This document shows positions 51,006 through 64,000 of a stretch of 64,000 bases of DNA, piece after piece (the stretch's first letter is position 1; each line of letters starts with the position of its first letter). Both the position numbers and the translations under genes were made by a program. The notes below the pieces were generated by a model. The model had not been told where the DNA came from, made no database searches, and saw nothing but the letters and a program-made list of their open reading frames with translations. The DNA is from Hypanus sabinus (Eukaryota). The stretch covers positions 174,654,001 through 174,718,000 of the forward strand of contig NC_082710.1 of the NCBI RefSeq assembly GCF_030144855.1, given 5' to 3'.

Positions 51006-54000
51006 TTGAGACGATGTCTTTTTCCTCGGAGCGATGCCGAGTGTCTTTAGCGGTTCTTTTGGATTTTCCTATTAAATTAGGTTGTTTTGTGGACCATCGG
51101 AAAACTTGTGCATAATCGATTTCGACTGGTCTCTCTGATATTTACAGAAATAATGGATTGCGGCAGTTTCCTGTGTGAAAAAAAACTTGCCTCGCACATT
51201 TCACTGAACTTGCCCCTCTCTCCTTCAAAGCATTACTCCTAGTATCAGACCTGTTGAATCGTGGAGAATGATACTGGCAGCCTGCCCTATCTATGCCTCT
51301 GACAATTACTATTAGGTCTCGTGGGAAAGGACCCCGGTGTATGGCTCTTCTCGAACTGCAGAAGGGAAGCCCCTCAATGATTTAGTATTTATTATAAAGC
51401 TGCAGTGTGCCACGTGAGTGCCAGCAATGCTATTGATGTATACGAATGCAACAAAACAGTACAGAAAGCATTGACTATAAATAATGACAAACACTGAATG
51501 ATTTATTCTTGTAAATAATTTTATTATGAATAACGTTTATTTTGTTTTAAAAATTGCAATCAGGTCTCCTCTTCTATCCAGACCAGCATCCTGGTGAGCC
51601 TCTTTTTTTTTTAGTAGCAATATACTGTATACAGAAGTATATAACAGTTATACAGCTTTCATATAATGGGGCAGCCATCACCGAATTGGCAGTGACTCTA
51701 AAAATTGAGGACAGGATTTTAATGTTCTTGGTGTTATATAGCACAGACTTTGGCCAAACTTGTCCATTCTGGCACACCCAAGCTGGTTCCATTTGCCCAA
51801 CCTTTACCCATATCCCTCTAACCCTATGCATATACCTACCGGGGGTGGGGGAGGGAAACATTTAAGGAGATCTCAGGGGCAGGCTTTTCACAAAGATATT
51901 AGAAGGAAAGAAAGCTTAACTTTATTTGTCATGTTTACATAGAAACATTCTGTGAAGTGCATTGTTTCCATCAAATCAAATCAGTGAGGATTATGATGGG
52001 CAGCCCACAGACAACATCCATTGTCAAAAATCCCTGCCATCCAGGCCATGCCATCTTCTCACAGTGAAGGCACAGAAGACTGAAGTCCTATACCACCAGG
52101 TTCAGGAACTTCCCTTTAACCATTTAGTTCTTGAATCAACTGATACAACCTGTATCATTCTATCATTCAGCAACTCCTCAATCACTTTTATCAGTTTTGT
52201 TATTGTTCTAATTGTGTTTTATTTCTTGTAAGATTTCTGTACAATTTCTGTTCAATTCATGTTTTTCTTGTGAATGCCCACAAGGAAATGAACCTCAGGG
52301 TTGTTTGTGATGACATGTATGTACTTTGAGAATAAAATGCACTCTGAATTTTGAATGCAGGTTATATAATTCAATGTGCCTGTGATGTTGCTGCAAATAA
52401 GATTTTCATTTCACCTTTGCAGATGTACACACGACAATAAACTCGACTTGTCATCGGCTTTGGCAAGGCAGGACAGTGTACCACTATACTCTAGCAAGTA
52501 ACGTTAAAACAGATGGCAGGGTCTTAGAGTGTAATTGTGGATCCTTTTATATACAGGTGAAATTTGTATAATGGAAAATAATGAAATTGAAGAGGAATTA
52601 ACTAACTGCTTCATCTCTGTATCACAGAAGAAAATGGATCGCGCTTGGTCAACTCAAGGTCCAACCAGGTTCATCCTTTAACTAGTTCTTATGATCATAA
52701 GACGCCGATGGATACTAAGATGTTTCTCTGCTAAAAATGCTATGTGTGGTATGGGCCGTGTGCTCTGTGTGACTGCTGGTTCTGCGTTTTGCACCTAGGC
52801 TCCAGAGGAACGCCTTTGTCTTTGGCTGTATTCATGTGATAGCTGAATGACAATTAAAGTTAATAAAAAAAAGAAATACTGGAGATCAAGGGTCTGACAA
52901 GTGTGGGAAAATGCAGAACTAATTTAAAAACAGGATTGCAAAGGACCTGACAATCTGTAATCCAGACTTTTGTGACTTGGCTGTTGAAGTATCTTCCAAA
53001 ATCCAACAGATGCTGAAATTATCCCTGTAAATTTGAGGATAGCAAATATGACCGCACTATTTAACACAGGGTGGGTAGGGTAAGAAAGATGACAGGGAAC
53101 TATTTATCTATTAGCCCAGTATTTTCTAAAACTGTTCACCAGTCTCCAGTGCAGGACTTTACTGAGATCCTTCTACATATAAAAGCATACTTCAACTGGC
53201 TCCTCCTAACCTTTCCACTAATCGCAACCTCAAAGATATTAATCAAGCATGAAATGAAGCATGATTTTCCTTCATAACTACATGCTGCCTCTCCTGTTCC
53301 ATTATTCACATTGTCTTCTGCAATTTCATTCTTTCATTAGATTCCAGTTTTTTATGAGATGGGAGTGGGGGGGAGGCAAAGGAAAGAAAAGGGAAAAGTC
53401 AATTTATATATTTGATCTATCATGAATACGTAAGGAACTCTACTTAATCAGTGGATCCCTAGGTGAGATCTGTAGAGGAAGATGGTAGACTTTGAAAGTC
53501 TCGGCCTGAAAATTGAAAAGGTCTCCCGGAGGTAGATCGTCCACCTGGGCCCATCCAGTTAATCCACTAACCAAGGCCAATGTATAAGTATATGCAAAGA
53601 AAGGTAGATAATTATAAGAAGAGTAAACAACCTCTAGGTGACCCATTGGTTCCCCCAGGTTCACCCGCCAACAAGATTTGGTTGGAAACTGGGGACAGCA
53701 GCTACTCTGGAACACACTCAAGTGATTTGTGGTGAACGGCTATATGGTGGGTCTTTCAATCTAAAGAAAATTCAGTAATGGAGACACAAAACAGAAGTTG
53801 GGAAAGGGGATTGAAACTGGGACTTAGAACATATGATGTGGTGGTTTAGTAAATGGGAAGAGGCATCACCACTTAAAGGTTAAACCTAAGAAAGAAGAAA
53901 ACCTGATCCCCTCAGAAGGCAGAGGGACACTCGGCTCGGGACTATATCCTTGAATAGCAGCCACACCTCCTTATCCAGAACTCCCCGATGACACAGAAAT

Positions 54001-56179
54001 AATAGAGGTGGCTGAGGGTGTGCCAGCGGTAGGGGCAGCAACAGCTGCCACAACAGGGGCTGGAACAGGAGCAAGGGTCGGAGCCACATGACCCCAGAAC
54101 AGATGCTTCAGCTCAGCCAGGGGATGGTTCTGCAAGCAGAACTCGACCAAGAGGTGCTGCCTCTACCGCTGGCACGCCCTAACATAACCCTCCATTTTTC
54201 TGAGCTCCATATACCTCTTAAAAGACCCTATCGTATCCGCCTCCACCACCATCACCAGCAGCCCATTCTACACACTCACCACCCTCTGAGAAAAACGCAT
54301 ACCCCGATAACTCCTCTGTACCTACTTCCAAGCATCTAAAAACTCTGCCTTCTCGTGCTAGCCATTTCAGCTCTGGGAAAAAGCCTCTGACTATCTGCAC
54401 AATCAATGGCTCAAAGACCTTTGAGCTTGCCTGGCACTTTTCCCTTTATAATAGCGATGGCTCTCTCTCTGGCTACCTGATACTCATGGACTTCTGGCGC
54501 GCTGCTAGTGTCTTCCATAGTGAAGATGATGCAAAGTACCCATCTGTTATTTCTTTGTCCCCCGTTACTACCTCACCAGTATCATTTCCTGTGGTCCAAT
54601 ATTGATTCTCACCTCCCATTTACTCTTGATAACAGTGGTGGAGGCATCTTTTAAGAGACTTTTGGATAGGTGCATGGAGCTTAGAGAAACAGAGGGCTGT
54701 GGGGAAGTCTAGTAATTTCTAAGATAGGGACATGTTCGGCACAGCTTTGTGGGCAGAAGGGCCTGTATTGTGCTGTAGGTTTGCTATGTTTCTATAATAC
54801 TGAAAAATCTTTTAGTGTCCTGCTTTATGTTATTGGCTCGTTTGCTCTCATATTTAATCTTTTCCCTTCTAATATCTATTTTTAGTTACCTGTTGTTGGA
54901 TTTTAAAAGCTTCCCAATCATCCAACTTTCCACTCACTTTTGCCACCTTATATGCCCTTTCCTTGGCTTTTATGTTGTCTTTAACTTCCCTTGTCAGCCA
55001 CGATTGCCTAGCCCTGCCATTTCAAAACCTCTGTGGGACATGTCTATCCAGCACCTTGTGAACTATTCCCAGAACCTTTAGACACCTCTGCTCTACTATC
55101 ATCCCCACCAGCATCCTCCTCCAATCCACCTGGGCAAGCTGCTCTCTCGTGCCTCTGTAAATCCTTTTAGTCCATTGCGATACAGATACATGTGAGTTAT
55201 ACTTTTCCCTCTCAAAATGCAGTATCCAGACAACACAACAAAAGCTGAAGAACTTAAGATGACTGGAAATATAAATTTTTGTACAGCCAATATATTCTTG
55301 GCAGCCAAGCTATATCAAAACAAATCAAGCTTAATCGTCATTATATTGTCATGAATACAGCTGAACAAGACAGCGTTCCCCGGGGCCAAGGTGCCAAAAT
55401 ATACATATGCATTCAAAATATCGAGAAAGGAGAAAAAAGAACATAGCCAAGTAAGAAAACAGATTTTTGGACCACGTTCCTGAGTGCAAATTGATGGTTC
55501 TCGCTGTGCAGCATCATGCTCATGAACACAGGACTTGTCAAGCCCAACAAGGCACCTAGCTATGTGTTGGGTTAACACACAGAGCACTGGAATAACCCAG
55601 CAAATTAGGCAGCATCTATGGAGGGGAACTCAGGTTGTCTTGCAACTAGTTACTTAGGGTTATGTCAGAACCCTTGACCAGGGTTACCTCAGTGTTTTGG
55701 AGTGAATGGAATTACACACTTATTTCAGAAAATCTTACAGAAATGAATCAGGAGCATTTTGCTGCACTTTGATCAGAGTTCTGAATTCAGAATCAGAATC
55801 AGGTTTACTATCACTAGTACATGTCATGAAATTTGTTAACTTTGCAGCAGCAACTTTGCAATGCATGAGAAAAGAAATACTGGAAGTATATATGTATATT
55901 TTTGTATTAAATAGTTAATTTAAATAAATAATACAAGAACTGAAATAAAATAAAATAGTGAGGTCCACTCAGAAATCTGATGGTAGAGGGGAAAAGCTGT
56001 TCCTTAATTTTAAATATAGCTGACACTATATCAGGAATTTTCCTCTAATGTCAAACAAATGTGCAGTTTGAAATTGTCCTATTAAACAGTATTTAGGATA
56101 TATTAATGTCATTTCAGGCCATTCAAATTTATGAGAGCTTTGACGATTTAATTTGATCTCGTGGCCAGGTTTGTGAATT

Positions 56180-56470
56180 CATGTCGGCCAACGGCCGACA
56201 GCAAAACCGTTTGTGATATAACCGCAACCCTCATTTGCATAAAAGGATTGAAAATGTACCCTCGGCGTGTAGCCAATCAGAAGTCAGACTTTTAACCAAT
56301 GGGCTTAAAGCATACCGCTGACGATCCCCTGCAATACTCACAGCGACGCACCGCAAATCGGAGAAAACAGAAGGTGGTTTGCATTAAGACATCATTGGAA
56401 GATTGTCTCGGTTTAATAAAATATAGAAATAACAAAAAAATCAATAATTCATTGGCACGTATTAGTCTAT
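56180..56470. promoter_or_regulatory. Orphan histone-like promoter
   Basis: ATTTGCAT at 56233-56240, CCAAT at 56273 and 56296, two ATTGG, CpG-rich; no histone ORF on either side. Confidence 0.45.
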
Positions 56471-58964
56471 TATTTGGCGTCCTTCCGCGCCTTGTCTTTT
56501 TATTTTTTTGAGGCTACGATGCGACTAATTCAATAACAAGGCTTCATTCCAGGATTTTTTTTAATAAGACGGGAAACCAGAAACCCGATTTCAGCACCTT
56601 CAGTCCGACTGACTTTAGAATGTTGCTTGGGCACAATTGGCTTTTTATCTGAGATCTCAAATTTATCTCTGCAATGTTGAAAATACCATAGTTTAGCCTA
56701 GAAATGCTTATTAACCGGAATTTAGATTTGATCTTAATCAAATCTAAAAAACAATAAACACATAAATTAAATCTGTCAAAACCTATAGGTTTTAAACAAC
56801 TTTTATTCCATTCTTGACTCAGGAAATATTCTCCAGAAACTAGCCAAACGAACTTTTAACTGTGGGCAACGTGCACAAAGTGCTGGCAGAACTCAGCAGG
56901 TAAGGCAGCAACTATGAACATATGGAACTCCAAGCAGTCAAGACCCTTCACCGTAGTCCACTTTAAAATTATAGTGGTTTTTGTAATACAAACTGCAAAA
57001 TTACAAGGCAATATGTGTAGCCATTCTGAGAATCATGGCCTTTCACAGTTTTGTCTAATCAGCGCATTAATGAAACTCTTCAGATGCACTTAAGTTGAAT
57101 TAAGAGTCCATCAAATCCGACAATGACAGGATACCAGTGCGGGGGAGTTTTTAATCAGAATCAGAATCAGATTTATTATCACCGGCATGCGACGTGAAAT
57201 TTGTGAGCTTAGCAGCAGCAGTTCAATACAATACAAAATCCAGCAGAGAGAGAAAATAATAATAATTAATTAATTATATATATTGAATAGGTTTTTTTTA
57301 AATGTACAAAACCAGAAATCCTGTGTATTTTAAAAAGTGAGGTAGTGTCCAAAGCTTCAATGTCCATTTAGGAATCAGATGGCAGAGGTGAAGAAGCTGT
57401 TCCTGAATCACTGAGTGTGTGCCTCCAGGCTTCTGAATCTACTATCTGATGGTAACAATGAGAAGAGGGCATGCCCTGGGTGCTGGGGGTCCTTAATAAT
57501 GGACGCTGCCTTTCTGAGACCTTTGAAGTTTGAGTCCTGTGGTACCAAGAAATGTCACAAACTTGGTTGCTGTCGAAGACCACGATGTCTTCTGTGCCTT
57601 GTCATGCTCTTCGTTCTCCACGAAACGATACAGTAAAGCTTACCCGGCCATCAGATCGCACTGTAGATCTTTTCCACCCAGTTCGCCGGAGCTGGCTTTG
57701 CATGCTGGCTGGGTTAGCAATGCCACTTTTTCACCAGGTATGAGGCTGCCAGCTATCCTCCCCGGGTTTAGCTCACCTGTCGAAGCGATGTACCGGGGGT
57801 GAGAGCTGAGTGTCCACTGGTGACCAAAAATGAGTGAGCTGTCCCGGAATGGACACAGCAGGTCCCCTTCACCAGAGGAATGGACAACCCATATACCACA
57901 ACATAAACAGTGCATGCATTCAGGTTTGATCTTATTTCCAATCTGAGGAATCTGATCACAAAACAGTTAATTCGAGTGTATTTTCATTCAATTCATTTAT
58001 TGAAGGATTCTAATGACTTCGGAGTTTGCAACTTCATAACTTTTTAAACACTAACTTTCACCAATGCTGAACTTAACATTAATTCCAAATCCAACTATTA
58101 TATTTCCCCATCTTCTAACCTTCATAGCCTGGCCTCACACATTAACCTCAACATCTAACCTTTGACCTTAACTCAATTCCTAATCGCATGATGTCAACAG
58201 CGCAGTACAGGAGCAATGGTGGTTAGATTTCCATTCTGTGTTTTACTCGTGATTTATTTCACAAATGTATTTGTAATATCGATCTTCCTAAATTTAAAGG
58301 TGGAGTTGCGCGTTAACTATTATATCCTCACTGAAGAGGAGCCCATTCAATCTTCCGTTTAATTATTTATTTTTAAAGTATGTGTTGACAGCATTGAGTA
58401 CAGTCTTTCCAGCAGATAAAGACTATTTTCTCGTTTTCAATGTAATTGGTCTGTTGAGGTTCAAAGTATTTGATAAAAGTACACGAGAATCAAAAATGAG
58501 AACCAATTTTTTCTTTTGAAATTTTTCGACATTTTGGTGAAACCAGTGGGGATAGTGCAGCGAACTGTGAAAAATAAAGTTCTAGATCATGTTTTAAGTC
58601 CAGGAAATTTACAGTAATCTGCCAAGGCAATAATTGATTTGCCCAGTTACTTTCATTTTAAATGATCCTCTCAGCCTGTTAAGCGAATTTAAAAGCAATC
58701 GTAAAAGTAAAAACTACCGTGATGTAATTTTTAAGCAGGGAAGAATATGTTGTTGGACGGAAAATGGACGGGGATAAATAAAAATCAGAACCACAAAGTG
58801 TTAAATTTCATCCCTAAAACTCTAAGGTTCGTTATTTTCCTATTGAGAGTCATTTAAAAACGTTAAGTGGATGTCGTTCAAAGTGAGTCGGAATAAATAA
58901 CGAAGTTATGTGTTTTACTTGCGCATATTTCGAGCTTAAACAAATCGTAGCTGGAACACATCTC

Positions 58965-59335
58965 AGCACACACAAAATGCTAGAGGAACTCAGCAGGCAA
59001 GGCAGCATCTATGGAATGAAAAGGCAACACGAGCGAATCTGCAGATGCTCGAAATAAATAAAAAACACAAAATGCTGGCAGAACTCAGCAGGCCAGACAG
59101 CATCTATGGGAGGAGGTAATAACGATGTTTCGGGCCCAAATCCTTCATCAGGATTGCTCACTCCTGTCTGGCCTGCTGAGTTCTGCCAGCATTTTGAGCT
59201 TTTTATCCATGAAATAAAGCACAGTCGATGACTTCTGCATATTTTCCTGACGAAGGGTCTTGGCGCGAAACGTCGACAGTGCTTCTCCTATAGATGCTGC
59301 CTGGCCTGCTGTGTTCTACAAGCATTTTGTGTGTG
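58965..59335. mobile_element. Cluster of Penelope-like terminal repeats with hammerhead cores
   Basis: Several CACAAAATGCTGG..GAACTCAGCAGGCCAG units in both orientations; CTGACGA...GAAACGTC at 59247-59274. Confidence 0.7.
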
Positions 59336-59723
59336 CGGTGTGATGTGCTGTGTTTTTTTTTGCAGAATTCAGTAATTTTATTTGTATGACTGTAAGAGGC
59401 AAAGATGCTACCGTAAAGTTGTTGAATTACCTGCTCACCTGCGTCTGGCTTGTCGCGAGGGAATTAGATATATTTCTGACCTTATATATGAGAAAACGTG
59501 GTTTCTTGAAAGATTTATTTTTCGAAAATGTTTTTAGGGGTTCAGTTATCTCCACCGAACACGCCAAATGCAAAACAGTCATTGCAATGCTTGTGTCTGC
59601 TTTAAAGTTTAGACAAAGGTGCTTGGTAGTTGAAATAAGGTTAGATTGCCATTCGTAGAAAGGGACTTTTTTTCCAAGAGCAGAGCTCGAGTTAACATGC
59701 GCACCTTGTAAATTGTAAATTAT

Positions 59724-59810
59724 GCAGCCCGGTGGTATAGTGGTATCAGCACTGGACTTTGAGGCGTATGTATTTGGAATCAGGCCACTCCTTGCCTGCT
59801 TTCCATCGAG
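59724..59810 (+). mobile_element. tRNA-derived SINE head or tRNA pseudogene
   Basis: A-box TGGTATAGTGG and anticodon-arm-like CTGGACTTTGAG; T-arm and B-box decayed. Confidence 0.45.
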
Positions 59811-60772
59811 TATTTGCCAATCGGAAGGTCGTGATCCATCTTTGTTTCTAGTGTCCCTACTGTCGCCGAAAAGGCTGTATTGATAACGTGCTTCAGAGTT
59901 CTTACTGATAACAGGTATTTTCAACATGTCCATCTGGGGATGAAGGTGGTTATTTTGCCGAAGACTTGAGGAACATTGGAATGAAAGGCTGCGATTTGTG
60001 TTTATAACGTCCACACTACAGGTGCTATTGGACCTAAATGAATCTTAAACTATCAGGTTAATTTAGGACTTTTCGGTTAAAAGGGTAGTTGCCATGCCCG
60101 AGCTAAGATGTAGAACTCTCCGATCGCGAGGTAAGCCCTAGTCCAAAGCCGTTGTGATCTCTTATAGCGTCCATGAGTAAAATATTGATTGGGGGATGAT
60201 GGTCTTATCATGAAAACTGCAAAATATCTTTGGTTGCAGCAGGTTCCTCCGATTTACTCAGCTTTCACGTCGCAAAGTTGTTGTGTTACTGAGGCTATGC
60301 TTAGCAGGATATTTCCCGGTTGCATACGATATTAAAACAATAGGGCCCTGTGGAATATGAGTCTCAACTCTTCGTCTGCAAGTTTAAGGCTTAACAGGAG
60401 ACGAAATATCGAACAGGTGCGACGTTCTAACCCGGAAAATGGGAGAAGCCTGTTCCTTTGAGGTGTCACGGCGCAATGATGGAGTGTTAGGAAAGACGCC
60501 AGAGCGTTTCTAAACTCCAAATCATCGCTTAGGCAAGAAATTGTGCAGGGTGGGAAGTAGACGACAGGCGCGGCTTTCCGAGTGCTCGATTTTGAGCTGA
60601 ACGCGAGCCACTTTCGGAGAGGAGAAAGCACAACCGCGCTGCCTCGGGCGGTACCGGGAGGCCGGTTGTCTACCGCGTCCGCGCCGCCGCTTTAACCGCC
60701 GCCCTGCCAGGCCGGTGCCGTCACTGAGGCCGCAACTGCAGGGCGGAAGCAACGCGGGTGAGCGGCTACTGA

Positions 60773-61456
60773 ATGGCAGATTCGGAAGTGGTGGGCACCG
60801 GCGTCTCTGCTGCGACGGCCCCGGCACCGCCATCACCGTCTCCTTTGGACGAGGCAGAGGTGCTGGACATTGCGGCGGCCGTGAAAAAGAAGCGGAGGCA
60901 GTACCGGCACAAGAAGTTCGGCTGTACGGTGGCCGAGCATATCATGAAGGCGGTGGCATCCACCAAGGAGCGCCGCCGGCTCTCAGTGGCTGCTATGAAG
61001 AAGATGCTGTCGCCCAGCGGCTATAACCTGGCCCGCAGTAACTCGCGGGTCAATCGAACTGTGCGCAGCCGGCCTAGCAAAGGATCGCTGGAGCAAACGG
61101 CGGGCTCTGAAGCCTCGGGCTCGGCCAAGCTTAGCAACAGTCTGGAGGAAACGACGGCAGAAACTCCCAAGATGGTGCTAACCAAGAAGTCGATGGCTAG
61201 GAAGTCCCGAAGGCTGAAGGCGACAAGCAGGAAGAGGTGCCAGCGGATGAAGAGACTGGACAGGCACCGTAAGAAGTACGGCGCCGTGAAAAGGTCGACC
61301 CGCTGGAAAGCCGTCCGGGTGAAGAAGGTGCTGGCGATCCGCCGGGTCTCGAGAAAGCCGAAGGAGGCTGCGAAGAGCCCATCGCAGAGTGTGAACCCGA
61401 CAGGTTTGGATGTGAAACCGACTCCATCCAAACACAATGACTCAGACATGAGCTGA
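60773..61456 (+). CDS. Histone H1 variant F (227 aa, Arg-rich, predicted polyadenylated)
   Basis: TVAEHIMKAVASTKERRRLSVAAMKKMLSPSGYNLARSNSRV...KGSLEQTAGSEASGSAKL; intronless, CpG-island promoter. Confidence 0.88.
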   Translation: MADSEVVGTGVSAATAPAPPSPSPLDEAEVLDIAAAVKKKRRQYRHKKFGCTVAEHIMKAVASTKERRRLSVAAMKKMLSPSGYNLARSNSRVNRTVRSRPSKGSLEQTAGSEASGSAKLSNSLEETTAETPKMVLTKKSMARKSRRLKATSRKRCQRMKRLDRHRKKYGAVKRSTRWKAVRVKKVLAIRRVSRKPKEAAKSPSQSVNPTGLDVKPTPSKHNDSDMS

Positions 61457-61516
61457 AACAGTATACATTATGTTAATCTGACGTAACAGACATATGTGCT
61501 AATGATTTTTTGATCA

Positions 61517-61533
61517 AATAAAGAGAAAATAAA
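61517..61533 (+). terminator. Tandem poly(A) signals of H1 variant F
   Basis: AATAAA at 61517 and 61528, followed by a GT-rich element; no histone stem-loop seen after the stop. Confidence 0.7.
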
Positions 61534-63037
61534 TCGTGTATGGTTGTTTACTTGTGTTTAGAAACACCTAACAGAAATGATTAAGGTTCACTCCACCTCT
61601 CCCTTCTCTTTGTAGGCATAAGTTATGAAACTAGCTAATTGTCACTTCTCAGCAACGTTACCGATTCTGTCTTTACTTCATGTTTCCCGTGACTATTATT
61701 TCCCTTTTACTGCTTAGGTCTTCATTACGAAAGTAGGTTCAAATTAAGGAAAGGAAAATTCAGAACTATTATGAAATGCTTCAACTGAAGGGATTTTAAA
61801 TTTTTATTGAATAAATAACATACCAATAGAAGTTTAAAACTCCATCTCATGAAAGCTCTACACAATAAATTTGAAATTTTCCTTTCCGAAATTAGAACCA
61901 ACCTTTATAATGAGACCGCAGAAACTGGAAAACTCGAGCGACTCGAAAACAAAATGCTAGAGTAACTCAACAGGTTAGGCAGCATCTATAGAGGGAAACG
62001 GGGAGTCGAAGTGTCACGGCAAGACCGGACCGTGCCGATGAAGATCTCGGCCCGAAACGTCCATTTTCGTCCACAGCTGCTGCCGGACCAGTTCCTCCAG
62101 CATTTTTTTGTGAATTGCTGCCTTCATGTGATTCAGGTTGAAATATTAAATGTACAATTTCATAAGTTTTCAATGCATTTCAATCTAATGTGATTCGTTT
62201 ATGTTGAATTTAACGTTTTTCTCGACATGTTTAATTCATAAAGCGTTAAGTCCTCAATTTATTTTTTTAAACCCCTGTGTGCCCAGCTGCATCTACACAC
62301 TCCAGTAAGAAAGAGTCATTGATTTAAAATCAATCAGCGGGCAGATTCTGAATTGTAGTCGTACTGTTTTTACCCCCGCTTCCATAGAAAAAATTGCCAA
62401 AACAATAGTATTCGTGCAAAGACCATGATCGCCTACCTCATACAAAAGGGCAGTTAAGGATACGTTTTATCAAATCCAGAACACACCCATATCCATACAT
62501 AAGAGCTGTTTCCACTAGCCTTTCGTTTGACCTGCACTATTACCGAATAAGTTAGAACAAAGCGTTTTGTCCCCGAATATTTTGTACCTCGTACTAAGAA
62601 GTAAGCTGGATATACAAGAGATGCAGATGCTAGAGTCTTGCGGGCGCAGTATTTAATAAAATCAAACTGCTCTAGCACCGCGGCGACTGAGCGGCATCTG
62701 TGGAAGGAAATAGATAATCGACGTTCGGAGTTAGAAATTAGATGAAGTTTTTATGAACAGGCCACCTGGGTAGGAAAATGGCGGGATTTGGTCTGGGATA
62801 TCATGAATGCAGTCAAATTTTGTTAGTGACGAGGTCTGATACAGACATGGTCCAAATCAGAGTCAAGGGAAGCTCTCCTTTATGTTAACATATTCGCTTT
62901 AGTTGTTGGATACCCGCGGTACATTGCAGAGATGTCAGGCGTGTATCGTCACGGAAGATGTTTTGTGACGTCTTGCTGTAGACATTCATTGATGCACAAC
63001 TGCTCTCGCCTTTCGACCGTAAAACCATAAACAACTG

Positions 63038-63255
63038 AAGCAACACACAAAAAACGCTGGTGGAACGCAGCCGGCCAGGCCGCATCTATAGGACGAAGTA
63101 CAGTCGACGTTTCGGGCCGAGACCCTTCGCCAGTTCTAACGAAGAGTCTCGGCCGGAAACGTCGACAGTGCTTCTCCTTGTAGATGCTGCCAGGCCTGCT
63201 GCGGTCCACCAGCATTTTGTGTGTGTTGCTTGTATTTCCAGCATCTGCAGATTTT
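63038..63255. mobile_element. Palindromic pair of Penelope-like termini
   Basis: About 95-bp arms (63038-63231) inverted around about 63135, each with a hammerhead-like core. Confidence 0.75.
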
Positions 63256-64000
63256 CTCGTGTTTGCGTTGGTTTCCCCAGCGCTGACGTGTTTGAACTTG
63301 CTCGAGTTGCTTCATTGTAGCTCCTTTAAAGGCAGACGGGAACCGAGCGTAAAAAATATTAGCCTGATTTGTCAAATATCGGTCGAAACTTAAAGTGAAA
63401 TGCGTCGTTTCCGTCAAATCATAACAGCGAGGATTGTGCTGGGGGCAGCTCGCCAAGATTCCAGCGCCACAACTCACGAATCCTAGCCGTAAGTCTTTGG
63501 AATGTGGGAACACCCGGAGCGGTCCAAAGACGAGTATTTTTTACAAACATGCAAGACACAATCCAGTTATAAAAATACATACAGTAATACGGGGTGACAA
63601 AACTAGCAACGATTTCAAATTAAAATAAAAATCTTCTTCATGTGCTTTGCGGGTTACACGCTTGGGCGATCATGGCTCCCCACATCGAACGATCCCCCGC
63701 AGCGCCAATGATATCTCGCACACTTAGATCTGTTAGTTAAAATAAAAACATATTTCAATTACCTGCAGAACATTCAAGGGATTGCGGGAGCCCATGCTGA
63801 CGGAACTTCCCCCTAAACCCATGCCCATAGAGACTGCCTGCTCCTTCTCCAAGTTCGACCAAGAGCTGCATGGGCAAACATTTCGTTTTCTCCAATATAA
63901 AAATGAGGCGCTTTATTAATTTAAATTCCGAGATGTTGTCTGTTTCAATCAAATAAAACTAATCCAGCGCTACTTTAAGTGTATTGAAGAGTTTAATGTG

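Noticed and set aside
53400-54520. GC-richer stretch with short ORFs
   Set aside because: Probably an old retroelement 5' or ORF1 relic, but no diagnostic motif could be confirmed.
59724-59800. Functional tRNA-Gln gene
   Set aside because: No proper T-arm, B-box or acceptor stem; treated as a SINE head.
59427-60014. 195-aa ORF
   Set aside because: Non-ATG start, crosses a SINE head antisense, no recognisable domain.

Overview
Eukaryotic, repeat-rich vertebrate DNA. The repeat set (CR1 LINEs, HE1/V-SINE heads, Penelope-like termini, Rex1, Tc1, Gypsy solo LTRs) looks like a cartilaginous fish, probably a ray; this is an inference. The first 13 kb hold the 5' end of a valyl-tRNA synthetase gene (VARS1, minus strand): two coding exons of the GST-like domain and a probable non-coding first exon in a CpG island. 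From about 26.5 to 61.5 kb lies an atypical histone cluster. It has five intronless, mutually very divergent, Arg-enriched H1-like ORFs, two of which have lost helix 3 and the wing of the globular domain and one of which uses poly(A) signals instead of the stem-loop. It also has an H1 pseudogene split by a Tx1/L1 insertion, an inverted H1 fragment, an H3 with six histone-fold substitutions, an H2A with A/T-rich codons whose H2B partner is missing, a decayed H2B and an orphan histone-type promoter. No H4 or intact H2B is visible. The best candidate for an undescribed system is this variant-histone cluster, possibly germline/spermiogenic and possibly MHC-linked, which may capture stages of an H1-to-protamine-like transition. 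All alignments and counts were done by eye.
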